A stretch of 64,000 bases of DNA, taken from assembly GCA_902781655.1 (NCBI GenBank), contig CACZJZ010000018.1, positions 7,119-71,118 of the forward strand, written 5' to 3'. Within the stretch, counting starts at the first letter, position 1. Every line of letters starts with the position of its first letter. Position numbers and translations under genes: made by a program. The notes under the pieces are model-generated. The model worked only from the letters and a program-made list of their open reading frames with translations, did no database searches and had not been told where the DNA came from. This document shows positions 40,991-49,058 of this stretch, one piece after another. The DNA is from an uncultured Lachnospiraceae bacterium (GTDB taxonomy: Bacteria; Bacillota; Clostridia; Lachnospirales; Lachnospiraceae).

Positions 40991-42670
40991 GTGCGCTCTG
41001 CCCTGCTCAGATACGCCGCGGAGAAATACCAGGGAGACGAGCTTATCAGGAGCGTGGAGAAATATCAGGATGCCTATACCGCGGTGGAAAAGACGAAAAC
41101 GGTAAGTGCTGCCATGGGCGAGATGATGAATGACGCCATGTCCGGCATTTTCTCATCGAAGGAAGGTATTCATGATCTTTCTGAATGGCTGGATAGGAAG
41201 CAGGGCGTAAAGGAACAGAAATCAGTTCTCGGCACGCTGGCGGACCATTTCAGGGGAATAGAGACCGCCATGCGTAATCTGCTCAACAGGGGCACTCTGA
41301 CTTCATCCGGGCGCCATGCTGCCATGATCGCGGAGAAGAATGCATCGAAGATCCGGAAGATGATTCTGGACGAGATGGATGTGGCCATAGAGAATGCAGC
41401 GAAAGCGAATGTGGTGGAAGGAGTTGGAGAAAACAAAGTATTTTCTCTCAAACAACAGGAGAAAACAAAATTAAGAGACAGAATAAATCTGGTAATGCAA
41501 GGCAGAAATTTTGAAAATGATATGGTATTTCTGAGAAATACTCCAAAAATATTGATTGATGAAATAGGACTTGAGGATATTCCAATGGCCATGACATCGA
41601 ATCATGTATATTCAGATATCGTAAGCAGAGAAGAAGCAATCAGAAATGGAAGATTCAAAGAGAAAGTAAATTATCACGACTTAGGAAAGTATGGGTTTAT
41701 ACATGCAATCGACAATCTGGATGATCCAATAATCATTGTAAAATCCAGAAACGAGGATGCAAACACAGATATTGTTGCTGTAACGGATACCATTGATAAA
41801 AATGGAAATACCGTACTGGCTGCAATTCGAGTGGGGAAAGAAGGTAACATTTCTGGAACGAGAACCTACATCAATGATATTGGAAGTGTTTATGGAAAGA
41901 AGAATACGATTATTGGATATATTGAGAATGCCTATAGCAAGGGGAGAATATTGTATTTGAACAAAATTAAAGCCAGAAATGAGAATGCACCCGGGTTCCA
42001 ATTACCCGACCGGATCCTCAACACTGGCTTTAAGTCAAATGTAGAACACTATAGGGACATTGTCAATAAAAAACGCATAAATAAACAAAATCAAAATACG
42101 ATAGCAAGCCAGAGAAAGGCAGAAAATGATATATCGAATAAAATCAATGATCTACCAGAAGAAAGACATTTCTCCCTTGATGTGGATGAGCCTGTCCAGC
42201 AGACGAAAGACCTGATTGCTGTTCACAACCTCAATGAGGAGAACCTGCGGTTTTCTATCAATATCAGCGATGCTGAAAAGAAGCAGATTTTAAATGAAGA
42301 GAAAAGACTTCAAAAGCAGATCGATAACTGGAATGGAATTGATGAGTCGATACATTTTGAGGTAGCAAAAACTCCGGATATTCTCAAGAACAAACTGAAT
42401 TTTGAATCTTTGTCCATAGAGATCGACTCTTCAAAGGTGAAGAAAATAAGTGTACAGAAGATAACGAGTACATACGCAAAAGAAAACGCCCAGCATATCC
42501 TTGATCAAAGCGATATTGAGTACGTTAATCAAGACAAAAAAATTACCATCAGCTGGCAGAAACTTACTAGGCTCCAATTGCCGTTCGTGAATCTGAATGC
42601 TGGTGGTTATAATAATACTTTATCACACAGTGCGAACATCAGCAATAACATTCAAACTCCCGGTTTATAA
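40991..42670 (+). CDS. Cassette 3: open polyvalent-protein fragment (C1 + MuF-C-like domain + J + internally deleted second MuF-C-like domain)
   Basis: 559-aa ORF with a GTG start. TPKILI..GLEDIPMAMT..H...HDLG...DPIIIVKS...NDIGSVYGK; later TPDILK and KITSTYAK...LQLP. Confidence 0.65.
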   Translation: MRSALLRYAAEKYQGDELIRSVEKYQDAYTAVEKTKTVSAAMGEMMNDAMSGIFSSKEGIHDLSEWLDRKQGVKEQKSVLGTLADHFRGIETAMRNLLNRGTLTSSGRHAAMIAEKNASKIRKMILDEMDVAIENAAKANVVEGVGENKVFSLKQQEKTKLRDRINLVMQGRNFENDMVFLRNTPKILIDEIGLEDIPMAMTSNHVYSDIVSREEAIRNGRFKEKVNYHDLGKYGFIHAIDNLDDPIIIVKSRNEDANTDIVAVTDTIDKNGNTVLAAIRVGKEGNISGTRTYINDIGSVYGKKNTIIGYIENAYSKGRILYLNKIKARNENAPGFQLPDRILNTGFKSNVEHYRDIVNKKRINKQNQNTIASQRKAENDISNKINDLPEERHFSLDVDEPVQQTKDLIAVHNLNEENLRFSINISDAEKKQILNEEKRLQKQIDNWNGIDESIHFEVAKTPDILKNKLNFESLSIEIDSSKVKKISVQKITSTYAKENAQHILDQSDIEYVNQDKKITISWQKLTRLQLPFVNLNAGGYNNTLSHSANISNNIQTPGL

Positions 42671-42777
42671 TGCAAGAGAAGCGGGATAAATCCCCCGGCG
42701 CGAATATCGCTGACATTAAGAATAATGCGGGATGATAATATAATATTATAGGGAAGGTCTCAGGCAGGAGAGAGGAT

Positions 42778-43551
42778 ATGCAGACTCGTAATTTCAAGTT
42801 TATCATCAGCTATGATGGCACGCGGTATTTTGGCTGGGAGCATCAGCCGAATACGGAACTGACGATTCAGGGAAAGCTGGAGAGGGTGCTCACGGAGATG
42901 CACCAGGCGGAACACGGCGCGCCGCCGGAAAAGCCGATTGTCGTGATCGGCGCGGGTCGCACGGATGCGGGCGTGAGCGCGCGCGCCATGACGGCGAATG
43001 CGCTTCTCGACACGGCAAAGTCGGAGATGGAAATTCAGCAGTACATGAACCGTTATCTGCCGGAGGATATCAGCGTCAGCGAGGTGCGGCAGGCAGCGGA
43101 TCGGTTTCACAGCCGCTTTAAGGCGGTCGGCAAGACATACCGCTATACGCTCTGGTACAGCGGAGACGGGACAAAGCCGGTTTTTGACCGGAAATATGTC
43201 TATGTGCTCGAAGAAAAGCCGGATCTGGCACGCATGGAGGAGGCTGCAGCGCGGCTGTGCGGGATGCATGACTATCGTTCCTTCTGCGGCAATCCGCATA
43301 TCAAAAAATCCACGGTGCGCGTCGTGGACACCATCCGGATTGAGACAAGCGGGCGCTATATTCGTCTTTATTTCCATGGAAACGGATTTCTGCAGAACAT
43401 GGTCCGGATCATGACCGGGACGCTCCTGGAATGCGGATATGGCAAAATCCGTCCTGACGAGATCGACGATATTCTGGAGGCCCGCGACCGGAAGCGGGCC
43501 GGTTTTACCGCGCCTGCCTGCGGGCTGTGTCTGATGAAGGTGGATTATTGA
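42778..43551 (+). CDS. truA: tRNA pseudouridine(38-40) synthase
   Basis: SYDGTRYFGW, GAGRTDAGVSA, GFLQNMVRI, TAPACGLCL. Confidence 0.95.
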   Translation: MQTRNFKFIISYDGTRYFGWEHQPNTELTIQGKLERVLTEMHQAEHGAPPEKPIVVIGAGRTDAGVSARAMTANALLDTAKSEMEIQQYMNRYLPEDISVSEVRQAADRFHSRFKAVGKTYRYTLWYSGDGTKPVFDRKYVYVLEEKPDLARMEEAAARLCGMHDYRSFCGNPHIKKSTVRVVDTIRIETSGRYIRLYFHGNGFLQNMVRIMTGTLLECGYGKIRPDEIDDILEARDRKRAGFTAPACGLCLMKVDY

Positions 43552-43554
43552 AAT

Positions 43555-45612
43555 ATGCTCTATGAAATAAGGGATGGATCTGTGAGTCAGCAGGGGGAGC
43601 CGGTGCTTTCCCACTTTGATTTTGCAATCCGCGGGACAGAAAAAATAGCCATCGTCGGGCGGAACGGCGCGGGCAAGTCGACGCTGCTGGAGGCGCTCGC
43701 GGGAGAAAAGGAAATCGAAATCAACCGCAAAAATCCTGCGTCAGGAGTCTTCCGGTCGAGAGCGTTCACGGTAGGAGTACTGCGGCAGCAGGCCTGTGAA
43801 AACCCGGATGAGACGGTGGAAGACTGCATTATGAGGGGTGTGAAAGCACTCTGGAAGAACGAGCGGGAATTCCCCCCGGAGGCGATGATGCCCGAAGAGA
43901 ACATGACAGTGCAGGGCGTGGCATCCGAAGCGGACACAACAGTGCAGGGCGTGGCATCCGTGGGAGTGAATGACGATATTGCCGAAAGCGCCGGACTGTA
44001 TTCGCGGGAGCGGTATGATTTTGAACAGCGTTATGACCGTATCTTCACAGGATTCGGGTTTTCCCTGGAGGATAAGAAGAAAAAGCTGGGCACGTTTTCC
44101 GGCGGGGAGCAGACGAAGATCTGCCTGATCCGGCTGCTGCTGGAGGAACCGGATGTTCTGGTGCTGGATGAGCCGACCAATCACCTCGATCTCGCGGCGG
44201 TGGAGTGGCTTGAGACATATCTGCGGGCGTATTCGAAGGCGGTGGTGTGCGTGTCGCACGACCGGTATTTTCTCGATCAGACGGCGGAGGTGGTCTGGGA
44301 GGTGTCGGGCGGGCGGCTGACCCGGTATGTCGGAGGATATACAGCGTATCGGGCGGAGAAGCAAAAGCGGGCTGCAAAGGCAGCGAAGGCTTATGAGGCG
44401 CAGCAGGCGGAGATTGCGCGGCTGAGCGACCTGATCCGGAAATTCCGCGGCAAACCGCGCAAGGCCTCGTTTGCCCGGTCCCGCGCCAAAATTCTGGAAC
44501 GCATGGAGCGGATGGAAAAGCCGGATGCGGATGAGGCTGTCATTCACACAGGCGCCATTTTGCCAGCCCGCCCGGGCAGCAGGTGGGTGGTGGAATGTGA
44601 GGATTTGAAGATCGGATATGACCATCCGATCCGGGAGCTGTCACTGCGCATCAGGCGGGGACAGAAGATCGGAATCATCGGGCCGAACGGCACCGGAAAG
44701 TCAACCTTTCTCAAGACGGTGGCGGGTCTCCTTCCATCGATTGCGGGAAAATGCAGGGTAGGGGAAAATGTTGATCTCGCTTATTTTGACCAGATGACGG
44801 CGCGTTTCACGTCGGACAAGACGGTGATCGACTGGTTTCACGATCAGTTTCCGGCGATGGAGATGGGAGAGACGAGGCGAGTTCTCGCCGGGTTTCTGTT
44901 CCGGGGAGACGATTGTGGAAAACCGGTGTCGGGCTTGTCGGGCGGAGAAAAGGCACGGCTGATGCTGGCGGCGATTCTGGAGAGGCGGCCGAATTTTCTT
45001 GTGATGGACGAGCCGACTAACAATATGGACATTCCGGCGAAGGAAACACTGGAGTCGATCTTCCGGAGCTTTCAGGGAGCAATTTTGTTTGTGTCGCATG
45101 ACCGTTACTTTCTCAGCCAAGTGGCGGAGGCACTGCTGGTGTTTGAACCGGGGACGAACAGAGTATGGTACTATCCCGGGAACTATCGGCATTACAAGGA
45201 ACGAAAGGATCGCGTTCAGGCGGGGGAGGATGCCGATCTGCTGCGGACAGCGGAGGAACAGAGGCTGATCGAGGGGCTGCGTTCTGTTCCGAAGGGCGAG
45301 AAGGGGATGCTGCGGCGCATTTCGGATGCGGAGCAGGAGTTTGACTGGCGCTTTGCGGTGAACCGCACCGGGCGTGAGACTGCGGAGCAGGCGTTCGCAG
45401 AGGCTTTGGAGCGCGCGGAATATGCGGATGCGGAGCGGGCGCGGGATATCTGGACCCGGACGCTTCTTGACTGGTATGATATCTGGCTCGACCGGGAGGC
45501 GTACCGGCACGGCGTTTCTGCGCCGGAAGAAGGGATGAGCAGTGAGGAAGAGGAATGTTCTGCACAGGAACAGAATGCGGCCGGACAGGACGGACGACAG
45601 GCCGGCAGATAA
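43555..45612 (+). CDS. ABC-F family ATPase
   Basis: Two ABC cassettes (GRNGAGKST / FSGGEQTK and GPNGTGKST / LSGGEKAR), no transmembrane domain. Confidence 0.9.
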   Translation: MLYEIRDGSVSQQGEPVLSHFDFAIRGTEKIAIVGRNGAGKSTLLEALAGEKEIEINRKNPASGVFRSRAFTVGVLRQQACENPDETVEDCIMRGVKALWKNEREFPPEAMMPEENMTVQGVASEADTTVQGVASVGVNDDIAESAGLYSRERYDFEQRYDRIFTGFGFSLEDKKKKLGTFSGGEQTKICLIRLLLEEPDVLVLDEPTNHLDLAAVEWLETYLRAYSKAVVCVSHDRYFLDQTAEVVWEVSGGRLTRYVGGYTAYRAEKQKRAAKAAKAYEAQQAEIARLSDLIRKFRGKPRKASFARSRAKILERMERMEKPDADEAVIHTGAILPARPGSRWVVECEDLKIGYDHPIRELSLRIRRGQKIGIIGPNGTGKSTFLKTVAGLLPSIAGKCRVGENVDLAYFDQMTARFTSDKTVIDWFHDQFPAMEMGETRRVLAGFLFRGDDCGKPVSGLSGGEKARLMLAAILERRPNFLVMDEPTNNMDIPAKETLESIFRSFQGAILFVSHDRYFLSQVAEALLVFEPGTNRVWYYPGNYRHYKERKDRVQAGEDADLLRTAEEQRLIEGLRSVPKGEKGMLRRISDAEQEFDWRFAVNRTGRETAEQAFAEALERAEYADAERARDIWTRTLLDWYDIWLDREAYRHGVSAPEEGMSSEEEECSAQEQNAAGQDGRQAGR

Positions 45613-45778
45613 ATTCGGTATTTTTCACAGAATGTTCAGATTTTAAAAGGCAATATTTATCCATGATGGACTATAATTAAGCTTGGTGGCAGGAAAGGAA
45701 GAGAAAGCCTTCCGGAATCCATGCACCGCAATAGCCCGGGGGCTGCATGGCTTCCGCAGATAGAAGGAGGAACGATCA

Positions 45779-46138
45779 ATGGGACTGTTTGGAGGAGATT
45801 CTGTAGAGGAAATCGCAAAGCTTGCCGCGAAGGGCAAGTCTGACAAGATTATCAAAATTATTGATAAGAAGAATGAGCCAAAGGAAGTGATCGCTGCGGC
45901 GATCAAGGCGCTCGGGGAACTCACTGCAAAGAACGACGAGGACAGCCAGAACAAGCTGACCGATCTGCTCGACAGCGAGGATCCGGAGATCCGCACAGCA
46001 GCGGCCAAGGCGGGCATTGAGACGGGATCGGACTACATGAAGACCAGGATCCAGCAGCTCATCGCGAACGAGAAGGATCCGAAGGTTGTGGAGGCGATCC
46101 GCGAGGACTATCACAAGAAATTCTTCGCGAACAACTGA
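45779..46138 (+). CDS. Small HEAT-repeat-like protein
   Basis: AGGAGG RBS; helical repeats (LLDSEDPEIRTAAAKA). Confidence 0.75.
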   Translation: MGLFGGDSVEEIAKLAAKGKSDKIIKIIDKKNEPKEVIAAAIKALGELTAKNDEDSQNKLTDLLDSEDPEIRTAAAKAGIETGSDYMKTRIQQLIANEKDPKVVEAIREDYHKKFFANN

Positions 46139-46318
46139 GAGATGCGAGAGCAGCACAGGGCGCCGGGAGATAGCCGTTTCAAGATGGCATGGATGGCGCT
46201 GCTGTCAGGGGTGTGCCTAGGCATTTCAGAAAGCGTGCGTTATAATAGCGGTTGCCGGATCGTTCCGGCAGCCGCTATTTATATATATCATTATTTGTCA
46301 TGATTTGGAGAATTTTAT

Positions 46319-47779
46319 ATGTCGGATACTATGGTGGTCACACGTTTTGCTCCGTCGCCGACGGGGTTCATGCATGTCGGAAATCTGCGCACGGCATTGT
46401 ATTCTTATCTGATTGCAAAGCACAGCGGGGGTAAATTTATTCTCCGGATCGAGGATACGGATCAGGAACGGTTTGTGGAGGGCGCGACGGAGGTGATTTT
46501 GAATACGCTCCGGATGACGGGACTCCAGTATGACGAGGGACCGGATGTCGGGGGGCCGAACGGGCCATATATTCAGAGCCAGCGCAAGGAGATTTATCAG
46601 AAATATGCGAAGTGGCTGGTCGATCACGACTATGCCTATTACTGCTTCTGCTCCGAGGAGCGGCTTCGCTCGCTGCATGATGAGAACGGAATCGGCGGGT
46701 ATGACCGCCACTGCCGCAACCTTCCGAAGGAGGAGATTGAGGCACACCTGAAAAACGGAGACCCTTATGTCATTCGGCAGAAAATGCCCCTCACCGGGAC
46801 AACCACGTATTTTGACGAGGTATATGGCGAGCAGTCGGTGGAAAACAAGGAGCTGCAGGACCAGATTCTCATGAAGGCCGACGGTTACCCCACCTATAAT
46901 TTTGCCCACATCGTGGATGACCATCTGATGGGCGTCAATTATGTCGTGCGGGGCAATGAGTATATCACCTCGACGCCAAAATATGTTCTGCTGTACGACG
47001 CGTTCGGCTGGGAGCGCCCGCACTACGTGCATCTGCCGCTGCTGTGCGGCAAGAATCCGGACGGATCTGTCTCGAAGCTGTCGAAGCGGCACGGCGCGGT
47101 ATCGTTTGAGGAGCTGGTAAAACAGGGATATCTGCCTGACGCCATCGTCAATTATCTTGCGTTTCTCGGCTGGGCGCCGAAGGACTCGACGCAGGAGATC
47201 TTCTCACTGGAGGAGCTGGTAAAAGTTTTCACCATCGACGGGATTGGCAAATCCAACGCGGTATTCGATTACGAGAAACTGAAATGGTTTAATGCAGAAT
47301 ATCTGAAGAAGCTTAACCCGGAGGACTTCTTTGAGCGGATCAGGCCGATCTGGGCTGCAGCGGGTATGCCGGCCTATGTCAATCAGAAGAAACTTGCGGG
47401 TCTTGTGCAGTCGCGTGTCAGCACACTGAACGAGAGCGCCGATATTGTGGATTTTGTCCTGAGTCGGCTCCCGTACGATGCGGAGCTGTATACCAATAAG
47501 AAGAACAAGACAACGCCCGAGCTGTGCCTTCAGATTCTGAAGACCGTGCGTCCCGCGCTGGATGCGGCTCCTGCGTGGGAAAACGATGCCCTGTTCGAAC
47601 TCCTTCAGCAGACCGCGGCGGACCTCGGCGTGAAGAAAAATGCCGTCATGTGGGCTGTCCGCATCGCAATTGCGCGCAAGGCCGTGACGCCGGGCGGCGC
47701 CACAGAGCTGATGGAAGTGCTTGGCAGAGAGGAGAGCCTGTCCAGGATGGACCAGGCAATACGAGAACTCGAGGCATGA
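46319..47779 (+). CDS. gltX: Glutamate--tRNA ligase
   Basis: RFAPSPTGFMHVGN (HIGH) and KLSKRHG (KMSKS). Confidence 0.96.
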   Translation: MSDTMVVTRFAPSPTGFMHVGNLRTALYSYLIAKHSGGKFILRIEDTDQERFVEGATEVILNTLRMTGLQYDEGPDVGGPNGPYIQSQRKEIYQKYAKWLVDHDYAYYCFCSEERLRSLHDENGIGGYDRHCRNLPKEEIEAHLKNGDPYVIRQKMPLTGTTTYFDEVYGEQSVENKELQDQILMKADGYPTYNFAHIVDDHLMGVNYVVRGNEYITSTPKYVLLYDAFGWERPHYVHLPLLCGKNPDGSVSKLSKRHGAVSFEELVKQGYLPDAIVNYLAFLGWAPKDSTQEIFSLEELVKVFTIDGIGKSNAVFDYEKLKWFNAEYLKKLNPEDFFERIRPIWAAAGMPAYVNQKKLAGLVQSRVSTLNESADIVDFVLSRLPYDAELYTNKKNKTTPELCLQILKTVRPALDAAPAWENDALFELLQQTAADLGVKKNAVMWAVRIAIARKAVTPGGATELMEVLGREESLSRMDQAIRELEA

Positions 47780-47787
47780 GCGGGGTT

Positions 47788-47854
47788 TTGTCCCTAACGA
47801 GTTTAGCTTGTTTGGTACAATTTGTACCAAACAAGCTAAACTCGTTAGGGACAA
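47788..47854. repeat. Perfect 67-bp palindrome (33-bp arms, 1-nt centre)
   Basis: TTGTCCCTAACGAGTTTAGCTTGTTTGGTACAA-T-TTGTACCAAACAAGCTAAACTCGTTAGGGACAA. Confidence 0.95.
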
Positions 47855-48336
47855 TTTTTGATTTCCGGGTGGAGTTCTCCGGTGCGGTCGTCGATCCGGA
47901 GAAGGATGTAGGTGGGGCGGTATCCTGGCTGGCGGGGCCTTGACAGGCTGCCGGGGTTCATGACGAGGACATCGCCGCATTGGATCAGCAGTGGGACGTG
48001 GGTATGGCCGAAGATGGCGATGTCACAGCCGTTCTGGCGGGCGGCGTCAGCGACGGCCTCCGGTCCGGCAAAATCGACGTGATAGCGGTGGCCGTGGGTG
48101 AGGAAGACGCGGTGGGAGCTGAGGGAGAAGATATCCGTCTCGGGCAGCCTGCCGGACCAGTCGGTATTGCCGCACGCAAAATGGCACTGGCAGCGGAGAT
48201 AATCGCGGTAGAATTGTTCGCTGCCGCCGATGTCGCCAGCGTGGATCAATACATCGAGGTTTTCAGAAAGACTGCGGCGGATGGTGAGGATGCGGGAATC
48301 GTCGCCGTGGGTGTCGCTGATGATCAATGCGAGCAT
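47845..48336 (-). CDS. YfcE/MJ0936-family metallophosphoesterase
   Basis: ISDTHG, HAGD, GNTD, THGH, FGHTH, NPGS. Confidence 0.9.
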   Translation of the reverse strand: MLALIISDTHGDDSRILTIRRSLSENLDVLIHAGDIGGSEQFYRDYLRCQCHFACGNTDWSGRLPETDIFSLSSHRVFLTHGHRYHVDFAGPEAVADAARQNGCDIAIFGHTHVPLLIQCGDVLVMNPGSLSRPRQPGYRPTYILLRIDDRTGELHPEIKNCP

Positions 48337-48350
48337 GGATTCCTCCCTGG

Positions 48351-49037
48351 TTATTCCGTCTGTGCCGGGAATTGCTGCCTGAGTGCGGCAAGTGCCTTCC
48401 GGAGCGCCTGACCGCGGTGACTGATGGCGTTCTTTTGTTCCGGCGAGATTTCCGCGCTGGTTTTACCAAACTGGGGCAGGTAGAAGAACGGGTCATAACC
48501 GAAGCCATTTGTACCGGCGATTGCATATCCGATGCGTCCCTCCATCGTGCCGCGCACGACAAAATCTGTGCCGTCCGGCAGAACGGCGGCTACAGCGGCC
48601 ACGAACCGGGCGCCCCGCCGATTCGCCGGAACCTGCTTCATCCGGTCCAGAATGGTATTCATCTTGAACTGATAGGAGGTATCCCGCCCGAGATAGCGTG
48701 CGGAGAGGATTCCTGGCGCTCCGCCCAGGGCGTCAATACAGAGTCCGGAGTCATCGGAGAGTACGACGAGCGGACGGGCGGGATCAAGACCATGGGAGGC
48801 TATAAAGGCGTCCCGTGCCGGACCGCACGGAGGAAGAAGAGCGGCGAGGGCGCGCGCTTTGATGAGGGCGTTTTCCTCAAAGGTGGAACCGGTCTCCTCC
48901 GGATCGGAGACAAGGCCTGCCTCTCCGGCGGAGATCACGGGCGTGCCGGCGAGGGAAGGAGTTTCCTCCAGAATTTCGTGGACTTCTCTTACTTTATTCT
49001 GATTTCCTGTCGCAAAAATGATCTGAAATCCTGTCAT
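48351..49037 (-). CDS. rdgB: Non-canonical purine NTP pyrophosphatase (RdgB/HAM1)
   Basis: FATGNQNK, DDSGL, GFGYDPFF, KNAISHRG. Confidence 0.93.
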   Translation of the reverse strand: MTGFQIIFATGNQNKVREVHEILEETPSLAGTPVISAGEAGLVSDPEETGSTFEENALIKARALAALLPPCGPARDAFIASHGLDPARPLVVLSDDSGLCIDALGGAPGILSARYLGRDTSYQFKMNTILDRMKQVPANRRGARFVAAVAAVLPDGTDFVVRGTMEGRIGYAIAGTNGFGYDPFFYLPQFGKTSAEISPEQKNAISHRGQALRKALAALRQQFPAQTE

Positions 49038-49058
49038 AGGATGCCATCCCCCTGCTTT

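Larger units (their letters stand above)
36515..42770. mobile_element. AT-rich phage-derived island at tRNA-Lys: array of polyvalent-protein fragments with no integrase
   Basis: Clear drop in GC relative to the flanks. Only fragments of one phage-type gene region are present. Internal direct repeats; att-arm-like TTG(A/G)CACGAA pair at 36632-36653. Confidence 0.8.

Noticed and set aside
36693-42670. Calling the island a conventional CRISPR array
   Set aside because: There are only two repeats, 4.2 kb apart, and shared sequence extends 440 bp past each. No 30-40 nt unique spacers lie between repeats and no cas genes are in the window.
42681-42697. GCGGGATAAATCCCCCG as a degenerate attR copy of the tRNA-Lys T-arm
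   Set aside because: Several mismatches in a short stretch; too weak to call.
36515-42770. Intact prophage, DGR or shufflon
   Set aside because: No integrase, terminase, capsid, reverse transcriptase or invertase is present. All repeats are direct and kilobase-spaced, with no adenine-specific variation.
43543-43558. ATTGAAAT at the truA/ABC-F junction as another repeat
   Set aside because: It is just TAT-TGA-AAT-ATG (stop and next start), with no upstream hairpin.
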